Shown: piece after piece, positions 1 through 5,964 of the stretch
How positions within the stretch are numbered: position 1 is the first letter of the stretch
Layout of the letters: each line of letters opens with the position of its first letter
Assembly: GCA_027460535.1 (NCBI GenBank)
Contig: JAPZAR010000006.1
Span: 79,981 to 111,980 of the forward strand
Direction: 5' to 3'
DNA: 32,000 nucleotides
From: Candidatus Methanoperedens sp.
Lineage (GTDB): Archaea; Halobacteriota; Methanosarcinia; Methanosarcinales; Methanoperedenaceae
The notes under the pieces: model-generated
Seen by the model: the letters and a program-made list of their open reading frames with translations, nothing else
Databases searched by the model: none
What the model was told of the DNA's origin: nothing
Translations under genes and position numbers: made by a program

Positions 1-515
1 AGATCTGATTTGGTGAGAATACTTACAAAAGGAATGTTAAATCTGACCTGGACAGAGGCTCCTTGAAGCATCAATGAGATAAAACCGGATGGATTTCTTG
101 AAATGACGGGATCATAGAGAAAACCGATGATAGACTGCTGGGCCCCAAAAGATTCAATCAAGTATTTTCCAGATTGCCGCAGGACAAATAATTCCATCTG
201 GCCCGGGGTATCAAAAATAGCGTATTCTGCTTCAAAACTTTCAATTATTTCTTTCATTTCATTGATATTCATTGCAAGCATATCAGCAGCTATGATCTGT
301 GCCCCGTTAGGTCCGACGCCATGCTCTTTCATGATATCACGCAACTTTACCCACTCCCTGATATCCACATCAGGAACGTAAGGCGCGTTTTCAATACCAG
401 GGTCAAGGTTAATTGTTACCGCATCATACCCCTTGCTCTCCATCCAGCCAGCATAGGCACCTGTGAGGGATGACTTGCCGCTTCCTGCCGAACCGATAAA
501 ATAAAGGTTAATCAT
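1..515 (-). CDS. GPN-loop GTPase (PAB0955/XAB1-type ATP/GTP-binding protein); 3' end cut by the window edge
   Basis: My own minus-strand translation from the ATG at 515-513 gives MINLYFIGSAGSGKSSLTGAYAGWMESKGYDAVTINLDPG...HGVGPNGAQIIAADM...FDTPGQMELF. It has a P-loop (GSAGSGKS), the diagnostic GPN motif and DTPGQ. The ORF runs off the window, so it is missing from the ORF track. Confidence 0.8.
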   Translation of the reverse strand, partial: MINLYFIGSAGSGKSSLTGAYAGWMESKGYDAVTINLDPGIENAPYVPDVDIREWVKLRDIMKEHGVGPNGAQIIAADMLAMNINEMKEIIESFEAEYAIFDTPGQMELFVLRQSGKYLIESFGAQQSIIGFLYDPVISRNPSGFISLMLQGASVQVRFNIPFVSILTKSD

Positions 516-559
516 TTGTATCAGGGGGATAATATCGGTGATAAGAGAAAAGATTTGTG

Positions 560-1435
560 ATGCTCGCTAAACTGAAGTTATATGCGGATTTTGTAGTCAT
601 CAAGCATACCCTCTTCGCGATTCCTTTTGCTTACCTTGGCGCATTCCTTGCAAGCAGGGGAATTCCGGAGCTTCGAATCCTTTTCTGGGTAGGGCTTGCG
701 TTTCTCGGAGCACGCAGCGCGGCAATGGCACTGAACAATCTTATCGATAAGGATATCGATGCAAAAAATCCCAGGACCGCCAGCCGGGAGTTGCCTTCAG
801 GAAAGATAAAATTATACGAAGTATGGGGAATCATTCTGGTTTCTTATGGGCTGCTATTCTATTCTGCTTACAGATTGAACCCTCTATGCCTTCTATTGGC
901 ACCCATTATCCCTGTTACTTCGATCATATATCCATATCTGAAGCGGTTCAGTCCAGTGACGCATTTTGTATTGGGGCTCAACCTTGCATATGCACCCGTA
1001 GGGGGCTGGCTTGCAGTCACGGGCGAGTTTGCAATTCCTTTCGGCGCTGCGGAGCTTGGAATGCTGCTGCTGCTGTTCGCGGTCACTTTCTGGGTGGCCG
1101 GGTTTGATATGATCTATTCGCTGCAGGACATTGATTTTGATGAAAAGAACAGGCTTTATTCCATACCTTCTGTTTTCGGGGTGAAAGCGGCGCTTGGGTT
1201 GTCGTTCGCGGCGCATGTTCTGATGGTGGCGTTGCTTGTCGGGCTTATGTATGTGCTGAAACTCGGGGTGGTTTTTAAGGCAGGGCTTGTGATCATCGCT
1301 GCGCTGATATGGTATGAGCATACGCTGGTAAAGGTTGATAATTTTAACAATGTCCCTGTGGCGTTCTTTAATGTGAATGCGGCGGTGAGTCTGTGCTTGC
1401 TGTCTTTTACGGCGGCGGATGTGCTTGTGAAATAG
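560..1435 (+). CDS. UbiA-family aromatic prenyltransferase (4-hydroxybenzoate polyprenyltransferase-like; possibly quinone or methanophenazine biosynthesis)
   Basis: Track ORF 557..1435; the ATG at 560 follows directly after the GTG. The protein is polytopic and hydrophobic. It carries two Asp-rich motifs, NNLIDKDIDAKNPRT and DMIYSLQDIDFDEKN, which are typical of the UbiA superfamily. Confidence 0.85.
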   Translation: MLAKLKLYADFVVIKHTLFAIPFAYLGAFLASRGIPELRILFWVGLAFLGARSAAMALNNLIDKDIDAKNPRTASRELPSGKIKLYEVWGIILVSYGLLFYSAYRLNPLCLLLAPIIPVTSIIYPYLKRFSPVTHFVLGLNLAYAPVGGWLAVTGEFAIPFGAAELGMLLLLFAVTFWVAGFDMIYSLQDIDFDEKNRLYSIPSVFGVKAALGLSFAAHVLMVALLVGLMYVLKLGVVFKAGLVIIAALIWYEHTLVKVDNFNNVPVAFFNVNAAVSLCLLSFTAADVLVK

Positions 1436-1437
1436 CG

Positions 1438-2421
1438 CATCTTTTTAATACCAGTAATCAGTATTCAACTTCTTCAGCAATTTCCGTAAATGTCTCTATT
1501 CTTGCAGCAAGGGCTGCCAGATCTTCGGGATGGATCAGAGGACCTCCAAGGATTTCTCGCAAGCCAGCCTTCTCAAAATTCTTGTTCATGCCAGTATTAC
1601 TTCTTTTTTCTGTGATTGCGTCGTTATTGTTCCATTCCTTACTCTGAGACGTTCTTGTCTCTGAACTCGCCTCTTTATATGTAATTATTCCGGAAACCCC
1701 AAATTCTATTCGAATTCGAGCTTCCTTATAAGATTCTTGATCAGTAACACCTGATGCATCAAAATTTGTATCAAACGTGGAAAGGGTCCCCTTCTGTACA
1801 TATGCACCAATTTCCCAATCTTTATAAAATCCCTTTGTCGTCTCAGCCATCAGATGTGTTCCACGTATAACAGCTGCCTCACCAAATATGCCTTCGAAGG
1901 TCAAATCCTTTATATTTTTCTTCTTGACCATTTCCTTAACACCTGATAAAGCCCCAAAGAAAGCGGCAAAATCTTTCGGACCAAATGACGAAACATCAAG
2001 TTTAGCGCCGCATTCCTTCATGGCTCCAAGAGGGTTCTCAAGGGCAAACAAGAAAAATTCATCACTTTTAATTGCCTTTTCAACAAAACGCTTCAATCCA
2101 ATAGATCGCACAGGGATGGTTATGCAGATCCTTTTTTGTTTATTCATACTTATCACTCCACTCTCATCGGGATTCTTTCACCCTGCCGCTGGTGATTATT
2201 CTTGACATTACCACCACATAATGGATTTTCAATCCCGCTCAAATACAAATTGTCATGAGCATGTAAATATCTTTCGGTATTATAATTGTAAAATAGAACT
2301 TGTTATTTCACCGTTGTTACCCAGAATCCAAAAATCCCTTCTACTTCAATCTCAATAAATTCGACCCGATGAAAATTTGTGGCATCTAAGATCTTAATTT
2401 CACCCTGCATCTATTCCACTC
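1438..2421. repeat. Segmental duplication, copy A (~0.98 kb; paralog A gene plus ~270 nt of its upstream region)
   Basis: I aligned 1438-2421 against 3920-4860 by eye. The two are near-identical except for a replaced central block (1663-1800 versus 4145-4230). Confidence 0.9.
1458..2147 (-). CDS. Hypothetical protein, paralog A: NHLP/Nif11-leader-like N-terminus, variable polar middle, GG motif plus conserved acidic 27 aa tail (candidate RiPP-type precursor or rSAM substrate)
   Basis: Track ORF 1458..2156. I prefer the ATG at 2147 because a GGAGTGAT Shine-Dalgarno-like site lies 4 nt upstream. The segment GLKRFVEKAIKSDEFFLFALENPLGAMKECGAKLD fits the NHLP/Nif11 leader helix pattern. The C-terminus reads ...LREILGG-PLIHPEDLAALAARIETFTEIAEEVEY. 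A paralog lies at 3944..4577. Confidence 0.6.
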   Translation of the reverse strand: MNKQKRICITIPVRSIGLKRFVEKAIKSDEFFLFALENPLGAMKECGAKLDVSSFGPKDFAAFFGALSGVKEMVKKKNIKDLTFEGIFGEAAVIRGTHLMAETTKGFYKDWEIGAYVQKGTLSTFDTNFDASGVTDQESYKEARIRIEFGVSGIITYKEASSETRTSQSKEWNNNDAITEKRSNTGMNKNFEKAGLREILGGPLIHPEDLAALAARIETFTEIAEEVEY

Positions 2422-2510
2422 GCCCGGCGCATCCTCTCCACCGCATCCGCCGAGCCATCTTCACCCAGCCTGAGCGCCGGGAGTAATGCGCCGCCCAGAA
2501 AGACTTTATA

Positions 2511-2540
2511 TATCTGCGTTCATCTGCGTTTATCTGCGGT
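2511..2540. repeat. Imperfect 3 x 10 bp tandem repeat (tatctgcgtt / catctgcgtt / tatctgcggt)
   Basis: Read directly in the sequence. It lies inside a non-coding spacer. Confidence 0.8.
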
Positions 2541-2844
2541 TCGTATGTCCACAGGAGGTTGCTTCGGTAACATATCGGCGCCGCTCTGTCTGAATTATTA
2601 TCAAAACTTCCAAATCCTGCTTCATCTGCGCCAGCCCATGCGCCTCCTCCCCACCGGTATCTTCCTCACCTCAAATTCATTGCGCCTCTCCCTCAACCAC
2701 CACTTGCGCACACTCTCTTTTAAAAACGTTGGGGTCTATGCCTTATGTAAAGATATCGTACAACCATAAGATACAACTACGTCAGTAACAAAATGATGTC
2801 GATGAATATATTAAAAAAGAGCGGGAGAGTTGGCAGGGCTGGTA

Positions 2845-3915
2845 CTATGTAAGCGCTGTTTCCGCCTTAAGAGCCTTAATTTCTTCCGAGGTTCGCATAT
2901 GATCGTAAAGGCATCTTTCCAAAGAGATTTCTATGGCTTTTTCATGACCAAATTCTGAAAGCACTGCCCTGCAATCTTCTCTCGTAAGGATTTCGCTGCA
3001 TAAATGGCAATTGTTAACATACTGTTTTCGAAAAGGGATATCGGGGTTCTTCTTGAGAATAAACTTCATGAGCCCATAAGGCCCCTCAAGCGCAAGCCAG
3101 TTAACGATGAGGTCTTTATGCGCCATGATTATCAGTTCTTCTAATTTATATTCATCAAGGGTGCCAAAAACAATCTCCTCAACCTTTCTCGGGACCATTC
3201 CACAACAAATAGAAAGTTCTTTGCGCGGAGTTATTACAATTCGTTTAAGGATGGACGAACACGGAGCTTTCCAGTGATTCTCGCATGGAGGATAGAGTAT
3301 TTCCTCGTCGGGAATCAGGTGCATGTTCTCCGCTATAGGTACCGTGTATCCTGTATCGACCAGATTGTTGTCTGGATTTTTCTTCTTTGGATCGAAACGA
3401 GAAAGCTTGTATCCCAAAAATTTTTCGAGGTGATCCAGCGAAATAGTGCAGTTTTTCATAATTTTATGCCCGATAAGACAGGGAAGCCCAACTTCTATGC
3501 AAGCATCATTTGCGTATTTTATCCTTTCAAGGGGTATGAACTCCTGATGATAATCGTCGCAGCTGAGGTTTATTTCCTTTAACCCTGCTTCTTTGTATGA
3601 CTTCATGGTGTCTCTTGCCACTTCAGGCGTTCTTGCCCAAAACGCATTTGTAACTATTCTTGTTAAGAGTCCCTTTTTGGCACAATATTTTACACTATCG
3701 AGGAGATCATCCCCAAGAAGAAAAGGCTCGCCTCCCGTAAAGACTACCAGTTCCAGTTTTCCAAAAGAATATACCTCATCCACTATTTCGATCATATCCT
3801 TTAGAGAAAGACGTTCTGTATGCTCTGGACCGCACTCTGCCCCGCAGTACCTGCAGCTTATCGGGCACTGGTATGTGGTGGAAAAGACAAGGCTGGAAAG
3901 CATATCATCTCTCAC
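2845..3915 (-). CDS. Radical SAM enzyme with an extra C-terminal Cys-rich (SPASM/twitch-like) region; candidate peptide/protein maturase
   Basis: Track ORF of 356 aa. The canonical Cx3Cx2C motif CPISCRYC is at 3844-3867, followed by GGEPFL. Further cysteines occur at PPCENHWKAPC, SICCGM and NNCHLC. The start is a GTG at 3915, or an ATG 12 nt downstream at 3903. It lies 28 nt downstream of paralog B. Confidence 0.85.
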   Translation of the reverse strand: MRDDMLSSLVFSTTYQCPISCRYCGAECGPEHTERLSLKDMIEIVDEVYSFGKLELVVFTGGEPFLLGDDLLDSVKYCAKKGLLTRIVTNAFWARTPEVARDTMKSYKEAGLKEINLSCDDYHQEFIPLERIKYANDACIEVGLPCLIGHKIMKNCTISLDHLEKFLGYKLSRFDPKKKNPDNNLVDTGYTVPIAENMHLIPDEEILYPPCENHWKAPCSSILKRIVITPRKELSICCGMVPRKVEEIVFGTLDEYKLEELIIMAHKDLIVNWLALEGPYGLMKFILKKNPDIPFRKQYVNNCHLCSEILTREDCRAVLSEFGHEKAIEISLERCLYDHMRTSEEIKALKAETALT

Positions 3916-3919
3916 TGAA

Positions 3920-4860
3920 CATCTTTTTAATGCTAGTTATCATTATTCAACTTCTTCGGCAATTTCCGTAAAAGTCTCTATTCTTGCAGCAAGGGCTGCC
4001 AGGTCTTCGGGATAGATCAGAGGACCTCCAAAAATATCTCCCAAGCCAGCTTTGTCAAAATTCTTGTTCCAGCCATTAGTACTTTCTCTGTTTCTGATAG
4101 CATCCTGTTTGTCCCATTGCTTATCCGAACCCGAACTTGTCTCTTTACTGGGATCTGCAAATGTATTTCCTATAATTTCCTATCGACCTCGAAATATTTA
4201 TCACTCGTTGAAAGAACCTGTTTTTGGGAATATGCGCCTATTTCCCAATCTTTATAAAATCCCTTTGTCGTCTCAGCCATCAGATGTGTCCCACGTATAA
4301 CAGCTGCCTGACCGAATATGCCTTCGAATGTTAAGTTCTTTATATTTTTCTTCCTGACCATTTCCTTAACACCTGATAAAGCCCCAAAGAAAGCGGCAAA
4401 ATCTTTCGGATGGAATGATGATGCATCAAGTTTAACGCCACATTCCTTCATGGCTCCAAGAGGGTTCTCAAGGGCAAACAAGAAAAATTCATCATTTTTA
4501 ATTGCCTTTTCAACAAAACGCTTCAGTCCAATAGATCGCACAGGGATGGTTATACTGATCCTTTTTTGTTTATCCATACTTATCACTCCACTCTCATCGG
4601 GATTCTTTCACCTTGCCGTTGGTGATTATTCTTGAAATTACCACCACATAATGGATTCTAGATCCCGCTCAAATACAAATTGTCATGAGCATGTAAATAT
4701 CTTTCGGTATTATAATTGTAAAACAGAACCTATTATTTCACCGATGTTACCCAAAATCCAAAAGTCCCTTCTACTTCAATCTCAATAAATTCGACCGATG
4801 AAAATTTGTGGCATCTGAAGACCTTAATTTCACCCCGCATCTATTTGTAATTCCACACTC
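3920..4860. repeat. Segmental duplication, copy B (~0.94 kb)
   Basis: Same by-eye alignment as copy A. The duplicated block ends immediately upstream of the rnp4 start. Confidence 0.9.
3944..4577 (-). pseudogene. Paralog B of the NHLP-leader-like protein, frame-disrupted. The N-terminal 135 aa ORF ends at a TAG at 4170-4172, and the homologous C-terminal part continues in another frame down to a TAA at 3944-3946.
   Basis: Track ORF 4170..4586 differs from paralog A at 9 of the first 119 residues. My translation of 3947-4180 in the other frame gives EIIGNTFADPSKETSSGSDKQWDKQDAIRNRESTNGWNKNFDKAGLGDIFGGPLIYPEDLAALAARIETFTEIAEEVE*. That frame has no ATG. Confidence 0.65.
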
Positions 4861-4870
4861 ATTAAACCTC

Positions 4871-5176
4871 ATGCGCAAAAAACAGAAAGATTGGGCAAAG
4901 GACATGGCGCACCAGCGAATCGTCAGGCTTTTTGAGCTTGCTGGCCAGGAATTCAGAACGCATCCCGAGCGCAGCGACAGGTATGTGAGGCTGGCAAGGC
5001 GCATAGGGATGAGATACCGCGTCAGAATCCCGGAAGGGCTGAAACCGCGAATTTGCAAACACTGCCATGCTTATCTGGTCCAGGGGGTAACTGCACGCAC
5101 AAGACTCCAGGGAACCCATATTGCAACGACCTGTACAGCCTGTGGAAAGCAGATGAGACGCCCTTATCATGCTTGA
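4871..5176 (+). CDS. rnp4: Ribonuclease P protein component 4 (Rpp21/Rpr2 family, zinc ribbon)
   Basis: Track ORF 4808..5176. I chose the internal ATG at 4871, giving MRKKQKDWAKDMAHQRIVRLFELAGQEF...RYVRLARRIGMRYRVRIP...ICKHCHAYLVQG...CTACGKQMRRPY. It has the typical Rpp21 helical N-terminus and a CxxC...CxxC zinc ribbon. Confidence 0.85.
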   Translation: MRKKQKDWAKDMAHQRIVRLFELAGQEFRTHPERSDRYVRLARRIGMRYRVRIPEGLKPRICKHCHAYLVQGVTARTRLQGTHIATTCTACGKQMRRPYHA

Positions 5177-5191
5177 AGGAAAGGCATCAAT

Positions 5192-5632
5192 TTACGGTTT
5201 TTTGAATGTTATCTGGGAAAATCCTATCTTTTCATTGAACATCCTTTCTGCCTGGATATCCAATTCCATAATAAAAACCTCAAGCACCATGAACGCCTCT
5301 GCCTTTTTTCTGATACAGCCCATTGTCAGTCCTTTGCTGCTGCCTGCCGTTGCATGAAGGTGTATTTTAGGGGAGCCGTTTTCCATGGATATATTGCCAG
5401 CTCCGATGATCTCTCTCACGTCACTAAATTCAGACCAGACTATGTCTGGCGGAACAGATTTCTCACGTGGTCCTGTAACCAGCTTTGCCTCTCCCATTGC
5501 CCCGATCACCATGAAGAAAGCTAATGTTATATCTTCCTTGAGCGCCAGACCCGTTAACTCATTTAGCAAATCTTCGCCATGGTCAACCCTGACCATAAAT
5601 ACCCTGCCAATTGAACCCTTTCGATAATCCAT
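5192..5632 (-). CDS. PPC/DUF296-domain protein (predicted DNA-binding protein family)
   Basis: 146 aa. MDYRKGSIGRVFMVRVDHGEDLLNELTGLALKEDITLAFFMVIGAMGEAKL matches the pattern typical of archaeal DUF296 proteins. Confidence 0.7.
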   Translation of the reverse strand: MDYRKGSIGRVFMVRVDHGEDLLNELTGLALKEDITLAFFMVIGAMGEAKLVTGPREKSVPPDIVWSEFSDVREIIGAGNISMENGSPKIHLHATAGSSKGLTMGCIRKKAEAFMVLEVFIMELDIQAERMFNEKIGFSQITFKKP

Positions 5633-5691
5633 GCACTGATTTACATCTGGTTTATTTTAAACCTTGTGATTTTTGCAAGTCGCAACTAATA

Positions 5692-5703
5692 AAAACTATA
5701 TAC
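5692..5703 (+). promoter_or_regulatory. Archaeal TATA-box candidate for tRNA-Val
   Basis: The sequence aaaactatatac is centred about 29 nt upstream of the tRNA 5' end. Confidence 0.45.
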
Positions 5704-5726
5704 TCCAAAGAACATGTAAGCCCGGA

Positions 5727-5800
5727 GGGCCCGTGGTCTAGTCGGTTATGACATCGCCTTTACATGGCGGGGATCCGGAGTTCGAATCTCCGCGGGCCCA
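5727..5800 (+). tRNA. tRNA-Val (anticodon UAC), no intron, CCA not encoded
   Basis: I folded the cloverleaf by hand. The acceptor stem is GGGCCCG/CGGGCCC. The anticodon stem is TCGCC/GGCGG with loop TTTACAT. The T arm is CGGAG-TTCGAAT-CTCCG. Total length is 74 nt. Confidence 0.9.
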
Positions 5801-5964
5801 TTTGCCAGTTCTACTTGTTCAAGCATTGTAATTAAGGTACAAATAGGTACTTCCTTCGAAAATGATAAGATTTATGTATTATTAATGAGAAACAAATATC
5901 AAGGGTAATGCATAAGTTATTACTTTTGCATAAAGTCTAATTTAAAGAGAGTGGAGGAAATTTC

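Noticed and set aside
2511-2540. A tandem repeat considered as a hallmark of Borg-like extrachromosomal elements of Methanoperedens, or as a mini-CRISPR.
   Set aside because: There are only three imperfect 10-mers with no spacers. The window is full of core housekeeping genes and lacks the pervasive perfect tandem repeats expected of Borgs. There are no CRISPR-like repeat-spacer units anywhere.
2416-2600. A possible decayed second copy of rnp4 at the distal end of duplication copy A. The plus-strand translation ...RPAHPLHRIRRAIFTQPERRE* loosely resembles Rnp4's AHQRIVRLFELAGQEFRTHPERSDRY, and atctgcgttcatctgc loosely resembles atttgcaaacactgcc.
   Set aside because: The similarity is short, needs several indels, and lies in low-complexity sequence. 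By eye it is not distinguishable from chance. It would need a proper alignment with statistics.
2545-2769. A 74 aa plus-strand ORF in the spacer between the rSAM gene and copy A.
   Set aside because: The composition is low-complexity (Leu/Ser/His/Pro-rich). There is no ribosome-binding site or TATA context, it overlaps the tandem-repeat region, and it resembles no family.
4170-4172. An in-frame TAG in paralog B, considered as a possible pyrrolysine (Pyl) codon because Methanosarcinales can decode UAG.
   Set aside because: Reading through the TAG in the same frame gives EIHLQIPVKRQVRVRISNGTNRML..., which has no similarity to paralog A. The homologous C-terminus is in a different frame. A frameshift explains the data and Pyl read-through does not.
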